DNA of 63,237 bases, filler included, from Octopus bimaculoides (taxonomy: Eukaryota): assembly GCF_001194135.2 (NCBI RefSeq). It is 4 parts of 4 records of this genome, joined end to end, with 100 filler letters (N's around TTAATTAATTAA, not from the genome) between each part and the next. Parts side by side here need not be neighbours in the genome. Positions count along the whole stretch, not along the records: positions 1 to 16,091 come from NC_068995.1; positions 16,192 to 39,686 come from NC_069004.1; 2 more parts are not named here. One strand, 5' to 3'. The position numbers and the translations under genes are program-made. Positions 11,290-22,801 of this stretch are shown here, one piece after another. The stretch's first letter is position 1. Every line of letters begins with the position of its first letter. The notes under the pieces are model-generated. The model worked only from the letters and a program-made list of their open reading frames with translations. It was not told the origin of the DNA and ran no database searches.

Positions 11290-11694
11290 CCGTAACCAGT
11301 TGAGCATGTCCCTTGGTGGCTGGCGATATGTACATCTTTGATTACGAGCAAAAGTAGTTGGGGAGTATCATAGCTATGTGTTGAGAGGAATTCCCTGGGA
11401 TTTGAATAATACACCACTGGAAACATTGGTTTCCCGTTCAACATCCTTAAACAACCCTTATTCAGGGACCTTTAGAGCGGGATGGGATACTCGACGTGAG
11501 GAAAACTCTAACTGTGCCTTACCTGTAAGGTTATGCGCTGTTTATCTTGATATGAGATCACTCTGTTCCGCACATATGGTTGTGATGCATGTGCCTGGTG
11601 TACCCTTATCAGATGGGCATTCATGATGGATATACTGGGCTTCGTATATTTGTACCCCTGTGTCGCTTCGATGGCTTGAACTGCTCTCTCGCTC
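11288..11694 (+). mobile_element. 3' part of the ~556-bp non-coding (AAT)n-associated element
   Basis: Homologous (reverse complement) to 54915-55320. Flanked by (AAT)n on both sides. Confidence 0.75.
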
Positions 11695-11742
<48 letters not shown>

Positions 11743-11743
<1 letters not shown>

Positions 11744-12092
11744 GTCCTGATGCAGTACCAGGCAGTGACTCTCATGGCTTCTGGTCTTAACTGATTGGAA
11801 GTGTTATCATGTACATTATTTTGTCTTAGTATAAAAGATGGGCGATAGCAAATATTCTTCTCAATACCACAGATTTGCTTGTTAGTTGCTTGACCTTAAC
11901 TAGTCAAGTATGTCCCTTAGTGGCTGACGATATGTGCATCTCTGATCACGAGCAGAAGTAGTGGGGGCATAATAGCCATGTGTTGAAAGGAATTCTTTCG
12001 GGTTTGGGTAATTCACTTTTGTAAACATGGGTGTTTTGTTCAACATCTTTAAACATCCCTTATTCAGGGATCATTTGAGTGGGATTGGCTCT
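11743..12092 (+). mobile_element. 5' part of the ~556-bp non-coding (AAT)n-associated element
   Basis: Starts TGTCCTGATGCAGTACCAGGCAG directly after (AAT)n, essentially the same 5' boundary as the full copy at 55470 (minus). Confidence 0.75.
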
Positions 12093-12116
12093 AGTTTTAT
12101 AAGTTGTGAAAGTTTT

Positions 12117-12640
12117 ACACTGGAAGCTTTGTTAGAAATGGGAATTTGTAGCTGGAGGTACATCGTATGATCGCCGGGTCGAAAGAGTGCTGGAGTCGGA
12201 GAAATGCAAAATTGTATGGGGTTTTCCTTTTCAAGATAGAAAATAATAGACCAGACATAACAATAAAGATAGAAAATAATTGATCAGACATAACAATAAT
12301 AGGATTGTAAAGAAACAAGATATAAAAAAAAAAAATACAATCCCTTAGAATTTGAAATTGCAAGGATGTGAAATATGAAAACTGTAAAGCTTATGCCTAT
12401 AGTAATTGGTGCATTGGAAATTGTAAGTAAAGGTATAAACAAATGGTTGAAGGAGATTGGAATAGAATGTCCTGTAGAGCTTCTATGAAAAGTATGCCTC
12501 TTAGGGACAAGGGAGATTATCTGGTGGGTTTTAAGCATTTGAAAGACTATTGAAAGCTTGTGGATACATAAGGTTACAGGTAGTAATCCGCTACCCACAT
12601 AAATTCTGCCAGGAATAGGAACGAAACCTGCGTGAAATAC
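12117..12640 (+). mobile_element. R4/Dong-like LINE 3' fragment (RLE domain)
   Basis: HWKLC...VERVLESEKCKIVW...NNRPDITI...MPIVIGALEIV; ends in a short (AAT)n. Confidence 0.8.
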
Positions 12641-12661
12641 TTAATTATAATAATAATCTTT

Positions 12662-12870
12662 TCTACTATAGGCACAAGGCCTAAAATTTGGCGGGAGGGA
12701 ACTAGTTGATTACATCGACCCCATTGTTTCACTGGTACTTAATTTATCGACCCCGAAAGGATGAAAGACAAAGTTAACCCCTGCGGAATTTGAACTCAGA
12801 ACGTGCAGAAGGACTAAATGCCACTAATCATTTCGTCCAGCGAGCTAACTATTCTGCCAGCTCGCCGCCT

Positions 12871-12871
<1 letters not shown>
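12662..12871 (-). mobile_element. tRNA-derived SINE family B (tail type 1), flanked by (ATT)n on its own strand
   Basis: Head AAGGCGGCGAGCTGGCAGAAT, B box GAGTTCAAATTCC, central block CTTTCATCCTTTCGGGGTCGATAAATTAAGTACCAG, tail ...GGCCTTGTGCCTATAGTAGAAAAG(ATT)n. Confidence 0.85.
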
Positions 12872-12954
<83 letters not shown>

Positions 12955-12955
<1 letters not shown>

Positions 12956-15687
12956 GGAAACTAACAACTTGAAAGATCAGGAAGCATCATGGAGGTGGTT
13001 CAGCAAGGGTTGATCTAAAAAAGAAGACTAAAAGCCTAATCATTACTGCCCAGGATCAGGCATTGAATACCAACTCAGTGAAAAGAGATATATACCACAC
13101 AAGCGCAACGAACCTCTGCAGAATATGTGGGAAGAGAGTCGAAAGCGTGACCTACATTGTTAGTATTTGTGAATGTATTGCGCAGAAAGGGTACAAGCGC
13201 AGACAAGACAAGATAGCACAGAACCTTAACTGGCTACTATGTCGGAAGTATGGATACGAGGTAACGGGTGCTTGGTACCAACATACACCAGAAAATGTAA
13301 TGGACGAAAAGGGGAAGGCAAGACTCCTCTGAGACTTTAACTTCCAGATAGACAAGTTGTTAGAGCACCGAAGGCCGGACATAGTAACCTTAAGGAGGGA
13401 CAAACAAGAGGGCCTAATAATCGACATGGCAGTGCCAGGAGATCAACATAACATCAGGAAAGAAAGAGAAAAGGTTGATAATTATGGAGACCTGAGAATT
13501 GAGATCGCCAAAATGTGGCAGCTACGAGAGCCAAATATAAAGGTTGTCCCAATTGTTATCGGAACATGTGGTTCAATACCGCCCAACTTGAAATGTCTGG
13601 AAACTTTAGAAATACCCTACAATCTTGGTGTACAATAATCACTCACCGTATCGCGGTTCACCTATCGCGCCATCAGCAGATCGCGGATTTTTCTGGCTAA
13701 TATATGTAAATTTATATCGTGCATCCCTCAGTATATCGCGGGTTTTTGCGGCCAATAGGTATTTATATCTGCTTAGATTTTAATTATTTCTATAATAAAA
13801 TAAGCATTTTCACGAATCAATGAATCTACCGTTCGCTACATCAAGAAGGAGGAAAGTGACTTTTCACAAGAAAGCTAAAATGGTGGTAACCTCACGTAAT
13901 AAGGCCATCGTAAGGATGGAATTTGCATTAGCCCTTTGCATCAGTGACTGCAGGAAAAACATTACACTGGATACCAACATCCGTGAGAAGGCCAGGCAGC
14001 TATAGGGAAGTGTACGGATGGCAGTGATGATGACCCAGACGACCCCGAATCAAGACTATCTATAACATCTCCTACCAAACCAACCGAATTTAATGTCGGA
14101 AAGGGCTGGTTTGATAAATTTGAAAGGAGGTTCAACCTTAAGAGTGTGTCCCTACATGGAGAAGCTGCTTCTGCTAACAAACCCGCCACTGAGGAGTACG
14201 TGAACGAGACGTTCATAACTATCATCGCGGAAGGGGGATATTCACGTGAACAAATTTTCGATATGAATGAGACAGGCCTCTTTTGAAACGGATGCCATCG
14301 CAGACTTTCATTATAAAGGAGGATGCCAGAGCCCCTAGATTTAAGGCGTTCAAAGATCGCGTCACAATTATAGTGTGTGGAAATGCTGCGGGATTTATGT
14401 TAAAGCCAGGGATTATTCATTAGTCCAAAAGCCCAGGGGCCCTCAAAAATAAAAATAAGAACCTGCTGCTAGTGCATTGGAAACACAACCAAAAGGTATG
14501 GATAAGGAAATAACTGACATCGGCTTGGTTTCACCAGTGCTTCATCCCTGAAGTCACGGTTTATCTCGCCGAAAAAGGGCTGGAATTCAAAGTGCTTCTC
14601 TTAATGGACAATACTGGTGGTCACGCGCTCGACCTGTCGTATGAGGGAGTACAAATCGAATTCTTACCGCCGAACACTACATCGCTGATCCAGCCCATGG
14701 ATGAAGGCGTTATTCGTGCTTTTAAGGCACTCTGTACGTGAAACGCCCTACAACACTTGGTCGAGGCTATGGACTCGGATAATAATTTCTCGCTGAAGGA
14801 GTCCTGGCGTGAGTACACCATTGCAATGTGTCTCCAAAATATTCAGAAGGCCGTAAAGGAGATGAAGATCGAAACTTTGAATGCCAACTGGAAGGAATTG
14901 TAGCCAGAGGCGGTCCACGACTATAAAAGATTCTCTCCTGACGAAATCCACCACTCTGCAGTGAAGCTGGTAAAATTGTTTGGAAGAGATGGCTTCACCA
15001 ATATGACTACCGAGGACGTTAATAACCTGATCGAGACCTACTCAGATCCGTTAACGGATGAAGATCTGACAGAAATGACGAAGTGAGCAAGTGAAGAAGA
15101 ACAAGAGGAACCAAGGGAAGAAGAAGAAGAAGAAGTCGGCCTCTCACTAGAACGCCTCTCAACTCTAGCATAAACGGCAAAAGAACTTCAGAGAATAGCA
15201 GAAGATTGGGACCCCCAGATGATTCGTGCGCTGCAGTTCAGAAATACAATCGACGGAGCCATGAAAGTTTATAAAAACCTCCTTACACAGAAGAAAAGGC
15301 AGCGCCAGCAATTGCCCGTCACTATGTTCCACGCCTGCAAAAATAGAGAAGACACGGGTACTTCTAAGAGTGTGGGGAGAGTTTATAAAAGCTTAAATAT
15401 ATAAAAATAATAAAATAAATATATTATAAACATTATAAAATTATAAAAAATAATAAAAAAATATACAGTACAGTACAGTTTCTACTTCGCGGCGGGTTTT
15501 GGAACGTAACATCCGCGATAGTCGAGGGATCACTGTATTGAAAAAATCGGCATTACTTGGAACTGCACGAATATTGCGTATAATACTGTCTGTCTGCGAT
15601 ACTTGTGAATTGACAAACAGTACAAACCCTCGGTAGACACAATATCTTCAGACAACATCACGATATTGAATACTGTGTTACATCTTA
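12955..15687 (+). mobile_element. R4/Dong-like LINE 3' fragment split by a Tigger insertion (LINE parts 12955-13632 and 15538-15687)
   Basis: IITAQDQALNTN, CRICGKRVESVTYIVSIC, HRRPDIV, IIDMAVPGD, VVPIVIGTCGSIP. The frame resumes after the insert as YNLGV|LKKSALLGTARILRIIL. (AAT)n on both sides. Confidence 0.88.
13633..15535 (+). mobile_element. pogo/Tigger (TIGD1-like) DNA transposon, 1.9 kb, degenerate transposase
   Basis: TA target duplication (13631-13632 and 15536-15537). TIRs CAATAATCACTCACCGTATCGCGG versus CAGTGATCCCTCGACTATCGCGG. Transposase motifs GWFDKF..RF, LHGEAASA, DMNETGLF, LLLMDNTGGH, FLPPNTTSLIQPMDEGVIRAFK, and an acidic C-terminus; interrupted by stops. Confidence 0.92.
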
Positions 15688-15767
<80 letters not shown>

Positions 15768-15768
<1 letters not shown>

Positions 15769-16091
15769 CTACCGAAAGTCTTTCGACAGTGTTCCCCACA
15801 CGTGGATTCTCGAAACACTAGCCATAAACAAGGTAGCGCCAATTATTATAAAATACATAAGGAACTCTATGAATAAATGGCAGACAGTGCTACAACTCCA
15901 AACAAAAGAGGGACTCGTGAAAACCAAAGCCATCCCCATTAGAAGAGGAATATTCCAGGGAGACACGCTCTCTCCACTCCTGTTTTGCCTGGCACTCACA
16001 CCTTTAACTGAATTGCTAAATAGAACTGGATGCGGATACAAATGTTACGGCAAAACAGTCAGCCACCTTTTATATATGGATGACCTAAAAT
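15768..16091 (+). mobile_element. R4/Dong-like LINE RT fragment starting directly after (AAT)n and cut by a gap
   Basis: YRKSFDSVPHTWIL...IRRGIFQGDTLSPLLFCLAL...SHLLYMDDLK. Confidence 0.9.
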
Positions 16092-16191
16092 NNNNNNNNN
16101 NNNNNNNNNNNNNNNNNNNNNNNNNNNNNNNNNNNTTAATTAATTAANNNNNNNNNNNNNNNNNNNNNNNNNNNNNNNNNNNNNNNNNNNN

Positions 16192-16243
<52 letters not shown>

Positions 16244-16607
16244 TGTGTGTGTTTGTGTGTGTGCGATTGTGTGTTTGTATTAATTAAAAATAAGTAAATA
16301 AACAACACTGTATGTCTGTACTGAGATAGAGTTGAACTTCTAAGAAAATGTTCAAATAAAGATATTTATATATTCACAGGAATTTTTACACGCACGCTTT
16401 CACAGGCGTTTCTCGACGTACAGAGACATATACACTCCTGACGGTATATACATATGTATTGAGACACATACAAATACATACTTCATCTTATTTCCGCTTG
16501 TATAGATGTTGAAATATAAGAAAGTAGATAGATTTAAACAGGCAATAACATTATTTTATCTTTGTGGGTATATATTAAACTTTCATGTATATACATATAT
16601 AATTATA

Positions 16608-16800
16608 CAGGTTGGCCCAAAAGTAGGCACTTTAAATTTCTTTTAAAACATTTTATTTCGTTTAAATTTCTATCTTACAATTAACTAAATTAGCATAGAA
16701 TAATGGTTTCATATTTTTTGATAATTAAGATCTGAACTGTTAATATATGAATGCAAAAGAGATAGTTAAATGACTGTAAACGTACTTTGGAGCCACTCTG
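16608..16800. mobile_element. Tc1/mariner-type MITE, 193 bp
   Basis: TA flanks (16606-16607 and 16801-16802). TIRs CAGGTTGGCCCAAAAGTAGG versus CAGAGTGGCTCCAAAGTACG. Confidence 0.6.
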
Positions 16801-17014
16801 TATTTAAATAAATATATATATATATAAAGAATATATATATATATATACACGCTAATACACGACCCATGTTAATCTGCCCATTCATGTTGCACCCACATCT
16901 GGGGCAAAACTAGTTTGTATACAACACTTGNNNNNNNNNNNNNNNNNNNNNNNNNNNNNNNNNNNNNNNNNNNNNNNNNNNNNNNNNNNNNNNNNNNNNN
17001 NNNNNNNATATATA

Positions 17015-18121
17015 CAGGGGCTGGACAAAATAATGGAAATACTTATCATCATAGCATCATAATTTTGAAATATCTATAAAACTGTGAAAAGCTTGTTTAT
17101 TTTTATGTTCTTTGATTTATTATTAGTGTTGCTTAAATGTTTTGCTAAAATTGCTGTTTCTTTTCAGATATCATCAAAAAAAGGTAATTCAGATTCATTA
17201 AAATGACAGATCTATCGGACTTTCAAAGAGGTCAAATTGTTGGTGCTTGTATGGCAGGCGCTAGCGTAATGAAAACAGCCGAAATATTTGATGTATCAAG
17301 AAGTACTGTCTCGAAAGTAATGACAGCCTTTGAGAAAGGGGGAAAAACCTCGTCGAAACAAAACTCCGGAAGAAAACCAAAATTTTCAGATAGGGACCGT
17401 TGGACTCTTATGCGAATTGTTAGAAAGGGTCAAAAAAGTACAGCTCCCAAAATTACTACAGAGCTTAATGACTACCTTGAGAACTCAGTTTCCACAAAAA
17501 CTGTTCGCCGGGAGCTGCACAAAGGTGGATTTCACGGGAGGACTGCAATCAGAAAACTACTACTTTCAAAAACAAACGTTGCAAAGCGTTTAGAGTGGAA
17601 TAAAATCTTACAGAAGTGGTCCCTAGAGCAGTGGAAGAATGTTATTTTCTCAAACAAGTTCTCCTTTATCTTATTTCCGACCACCGGCCGAGTATACCCA
17701 TGGAGACAGCCAAAAGAAGCATTTGACCCAAACTGCCTTCTTCCAACTGTTATACATGGAAGAAGATTTGTGATGATCTGGGGCGGAGGAGGGTCTATAT
17801 CTTGGAAATCCGCCGGCCCGATGGTTTCCCTCCATGGCAGAATTAATAGTGAAGACTATTTAAGCATTTTATCTGATCAAATTCATCCTATGGTTGAGGA
17901 ACTGTTTTCGGAGGGAAGTGCAATCTTTCAGGATGACAATGCACCAATTCACACAGCTAAAGTTGTTACTGAATGGCACAAGGAACATTCTAGTGAAATT
18001 GAACATTTTATCTGGCCACCACAGTCCCCAGATCTCAATATTATTGAACATTTATGGTGCATTTTAGAAAAAAAATAAGGAGTCAGCATCCTCCACCATC
18101 ATCACTACAAGAACTGGAAAT
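17015..18121 (+). mobile_element. Tc1-superfamily transposon with DD36E spacing (Incomer-like); right end lost
   Basis: TA plus TIR CAGGGGCTGGACAAAATAATGGAAA at 17015, followed by the transposase ORF. The 3' end is replaced by a SINE at about 18122. Confidence 0.9.
17203..18078 (+). pseudogene. Tc1-type transposase, 291 aa, probably inactive (first catalytic D mutated to N; C-terminal frameshift)
   Basis: Paired-like HTH with GRKP motif; IFSNK in place of IFSDE (N151); FQDDNAP (D245) to SPDLNIIEHLW (E282) with 36 intervening residues; A-run frameshift before VRSRHPPPSSLQELE. Confidence 0.9.
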
Positions 18122-18254
18122 CTACTCACGAGGCTTTGGTTAGCCTGGAACTATATTTGAAAATAGTTGTCCAAAGTGCCACGCAGTGGGACTGAATCTG
18201 GAGTCATATGGTTGGGAAGCAAACTTCTTACCACACAGCCACGCCTGCGCCTAA
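18122..18254 (-). mobile_element. SINE family A, head half
   Basis: Minus strand TAGGCGCAGGCGTGGCTGTGTGG...GATTCAGTCCCACTGCGTGGCAC. Confidence 0.8.
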
Positions 18255-18255
18255 A

Positions 18256-18325
<70 letters not shown>

Positions 18326-18885
18326 GATTGATAGATAGATAAATAGATATGCATATGGTATACATACGACGCATGTTTAATTCTATTGAATTTGCATGTT
18401 TTGTCAAGTGACAAGAGTTAAGTAGGCTATGGAATTTTCTGGAATATTTCTGTTTGTGGAATCTTTTCTTCTTTGGAATTCGCTGTTTTCTTTGTAGAAA
18501 GTTCTTGAAATTGAAACTAGGAATGGTAAGGCTGAATAATAATTTCTATTAAGTTTAGGGATTAAATAAATATTACGCATATTATGTATACATGTATGTA
18601 TACATGTATGTATGTGTGTGTACGTATGAATGCATGCATGCATGTACGTATGTATGTATGCATGTATGTATATATATATGTAAGCATCTATGTTATGTGT
18701 GTATGTGTGTGTACGTATGAATGCATGGATGTGTATGTGTATATATGTATATGTGTATGTATGTAGGTATGTATGCTTGCATGTATGTATATGTATGTAT
18801 GCATGTATGCGTATATGTACGTATGTTTGTATGTAAGCATATATTTATGTATGTATTTATGCATGTGTGCATGTACGTATGTGCG

Positions 18886-18922
<37 letters not shown>

Positions 18923-20074
18923 NNNNNNNNNNNNNNNNNNNNNNNNNNNNNNNNNNNNNNNNNNNNNNNNNNNNNNNNNNNNNNNNNNNNNNNNNNNNNN
19001 NNNNNNNNNNNNNNNNNNNNNNNNNNNNNNNNNNNNNNNNNNNNNNNNNNNNNNNNNNNNNNNNNNNNNNNNNNNNNNNNNNNNNNNNNNNNNNNNNNNN
19101 NNNNNNNNNNNNNNNNNNNNNNNNNNNNNNNNNNNNNNNNNNNNNNNNNNNNNNNNNNNNNNNNNNNNNNNNNNNNNNNNNNNNNNNNNNNNNNNNNNNN
19201 NNNNNNNNNNNNNNNNNNNNNNNNNNNNNNNNNNNNNNNNNNNNNNNNNNNNNNNNNNNNNNNNNNNNNNNNNNNNNNNNNNNNNNNNNNNNNNNNNNNN
19301 NNNNNNNNNNNNNNNNNNNNNNNNNNNNNNNNNNNNNNNNNNNNNNNNNNNNNNNNNNNNNNNNNNNNNNNNNNNNNNNNNNNNNNNNNNNNNNNNNNNN
19401 NNNNNNNNNNNNNNNNNNNNNNNNNNNNNNNNNNNNNNNNNNNNNNNNNNNNNNNNNNNNNNNNNNNNNNNNNNNNNNNNNNNNNNNNNNNNNNNNNNNN
19501 NNNNNNNNNNNNNNNNNNNNNNNNNNNNNNNNNNNNNNNNNNNNNNNNTATATATATATATATATATATATATGGATTTCTCCCTGCACTCCCACATATA
19601 CATGTGCGTTTGTGCGAACTTGTATGAGTGTGTTGTGCTTATATATAACTTTTCATCAATCTATTTTTACGATGATCGATCTCTTGCCGAGTCTATTAAC
19701 TAATTTCTTCTCATAGGAATCGATTTATGATTCAATCAATATACACTCGTTTTCTACATCTTCCATGCTCTTACACATTTTATGTTGGTATCAACGTTTT
19801 ATTGTTTAACCTTAATATATATACCTACGCAAAAGTACATGCATATACACATACAAATATATATATATATATATATTCATATATATACGTACATACAAGC
19901 AAATATGTAGATCTATATGCATATATACATATATATAGTTATAAATATGTATGTTCATGCATATAAACAGACATATATATGCATAAATATAGCTATTTAA
20001 CTACATATAAATATACATATGTAGATATGAGTGTATATATATCTACATCTATCTATCTATTTATTTCTCTCTCT

Positions 20075-20112
<38 letters not shown>

Positions 20113-21152
20113 ATGTGTTTCTGTATGTATGCATGTATATTTANNNNNNNNNNNNNNNNNNNNNNNNNNNNNNNNNNNNNNNNNNNNNNNNNNNNNNNNN
20201 NNNNNNNNNNNNNNNNNNNNNNNNNNNNNNNNNNNNNNNNNNNNNNNNNNNNNNNNNNNNNNNNNNNNNNNNNNNNNNNNNNNNNNNNNNNNNNNNNNNN
20301 NNNNNNNNNNNNNNNNNNNNNNNNNNNNNNNNNNNNNNNNNNNNNNNNNNNNNNNNNNNNNNNNNNNNNNNNNNNNNNNNNNNNNNNNNNNNNNNNNNNN
20401 NNNNNNNNNNNNNNNNNNNNNNNNNNNNNNNNNNNNNNNNNNNNNNNNNNNNNNNNNNNNNNNNNNNNNNNNNNNNNNNNNNNNNNNNNNNNNNNNNNNN
20501 NNNNNNNNNNNNNNNNNNNNNNNNNNNNNNNNNNNNNNNNNNNNNNNNNNNNNNNNNNNNNNNNNNNNNNNNNNNNNNNNNNNNNNNNNNNNNNNNNNNN
20601 NNNNNNNNNNNNNNNNNNNNNNNNNNNNNNNNNNNNNNNNNNNNNNNNNNNNNNNNNNNNNNNNNNNNNNNNNNNNNNNNNNNNNNNNNNNNNNNNNNNN
20701 NNNNNNNNNNNNNNNNNNNNNNNNNNNNNNNNNNNNNNNNNNNNNNNNNNNNNNNNNNNNNNNNNNNNNNNNNNNNNNNNNNNNNNNNNNNNNNNNNNNN
20801 NNNNNNNNNNNNNNNNNNNNNNNNNNNNNNNNNNNNNNNNNNNNNNNNNNNNNNNNNNNNNNNNNNNNNNNNNNNNNNNNNNNNNNNNNNNNNNNNNNNN
20901 NNNNNNNNNNNNNNNNNNNNNNNNNNNNNNNNNNNNNNNNNNNNNNNNATATATATATATATATATATATATACATAAACTTGCATACACATACACACAC
21001 ATACTCACACATATAAATGTAGGTATATACATTCACATACACAAAACATACCATCACACATTTTCGGCCATTACTTAGTCCAATTTTTATTTATAGCTTC
21101 CTCCACACAAATAAACCGATCCACATTACATTCATAGAGAATCTATTATGTA

Positions 21153-21253
21153 CACGTGACCGTGTCACGTGACGTATTCTCTTTCATAACCCGATCGTAC
21201 AAATTCTTCGGCTTCCTCTCATCAATGTTTGATGGTCGACTTTAATGGCTGCC
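21153..21253. promoter_or_regulatory. Candidate regulatory patch: tandem CACGTGAC / GTCACGTGAC E-boxes plus a YY1-like ATGGCTGCC
   Basis: Motifs at 21153-21160, 21164-21173 and 21245-21253 in a unique, CpG-containing island between microsatellites. Confidence 0.25.
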
Positions 21254-21888
21254 AATTTGACGAAAGACAGAAATTACGGCGATTGAGAAACCCCTTTGTG
21301 TTAAAACCGTCTTTCAATTAGAATGAGTGCTTTGTTATAAGGATGAGTGTGTGCGTGTGCGTATGTATTTGTGTGTGTGTGTGTGTGTGTGTGTGTTTAT
21401 ATATATATCTATATATGTGTGTATGTGCATTCATACAAACGTAGCTTATATTTATAAACATATATATATATACACACGTGTATACATCCACTCATACACA
21501 CAGAGATGGATTAATTTATATCAATATACATGCGCACACATACATATACTGATATTCATATATATCCCCTGATATGTGTATATACACGCGCGCGCACATA
21601 GATACATATATCTAGATATATATACACATATATATATACGTTGATATATTTCTGTCTATGGATATAAATAGACAGATACATGGCTACAAACATACATACA
21701 TATACATTTATCTGTACATGCATACACATTTACACACACTCACGCACACATATACATTACATAAATACATACATATATATATATATATATGTATATATAT
21801 ATGTATATGTATATATAAATATGTATATACAAACGTAGACAAATTCACACACATACACGTATGTATACATTCATTGATGCTTACATAT

Positions 21889-21932
<44 letters not shown>

Positions 21933-22262
21933 GCTTATATACTTATTTAGCATTGCTGAAAACAAATAAGTGATTCGTGCCTTAAAAGATTCAAAAATAG
22001 GAATGGAAGAACTCTTTAAGACGCTTAGAATAAGCGAGATTACCATTTGTGGAATAAATAGACACGGAATCCCCTTATTCCCATATTCATACTCTCTTAT
22101 TTATTCTTATATTCCTGTATTCCTGTATTCCTGTAATTCTTGTCAATATAATCCTAGTTGGGGAAAAGACATGACAACAATCAGCGTTGCTTTTGTTGTT
22201 GTTGTGTATGTGCTGGTTGTTAAAAAATAAATGCTCAACAGTACCCCTCCTTGTTGACTTCG

Positions 22263-22306
<44 letters not shown>

Positions 22307-22387
22307 AACACATACACTCACTCACACCTATATATGCCCACAGTTATACACCTGTACACAGGTATATACATAGGATCACCCAAGCAA

Positions 22388-22520
22388 GTGTATTAGTTTG
22401 ACGCTCGGGAATAAATGAAAAGGTGCTTTAGGTTTCGAGCCTACGCTCTTCAACAGAAAGGAATAAGAGAGAATAAACGGAGAGGGAATGAAAAAAAAAA
22501 AACTTGTAGAGTTGAGCGGT
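22388..22520 (-). mobile_element. Penelope-like 3'-end repeat with a non-canonical hammerhead-like core (CUGUUGA)
   Basis: Minus strand CCTTT-CTGTTGA-A-GAGC-GTAG-GCTC-GAAAC-CTA-AAG. Homologues at 36905-37085 and 62645-62790. Confidence 0.55.
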
Positions 22521-22758
22521 TTGAATATATGCGAGTTGTACGAACATCTAGTATATATGTCTTCCTGTGTGTATTCATGAATGCATATATGCATGTTCAT
22601 GTGTACTCGTGCAAACGTACGAATATATGTCTGTACATGTGTCTACATGCATTTGTGTCTGTATATGTATGTGTATATATTCATATGTATGCCGTTTCAT
22701 ATATGTGTCTATGTGCGGATGTACGTATGTATGGTATATATCTATGTATGTACGAAAG

Positions 22759-22801
<43 letters not shown>

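Noticed and set aside
9212-16091. Repeat-spacer appearance of (AAT)n blocks separated by unique sequence (CRISPR-like)
   Set aside because: The repeats are variable-length microsatellites and the spacers are retroelement fragments in eukaryotic DNA; there are no cas genes.
16092-16191. TTAATTAATTAA embedded in N runs (also 39687-39786 and 56267-56366)
   Set aside because: Each is exactly 44 N + 12 bp + 44 N = 100 bp with stops in all six frames. This is an artificial scaffolding linker, not biology, and true adjacency across these joins is uncertain.
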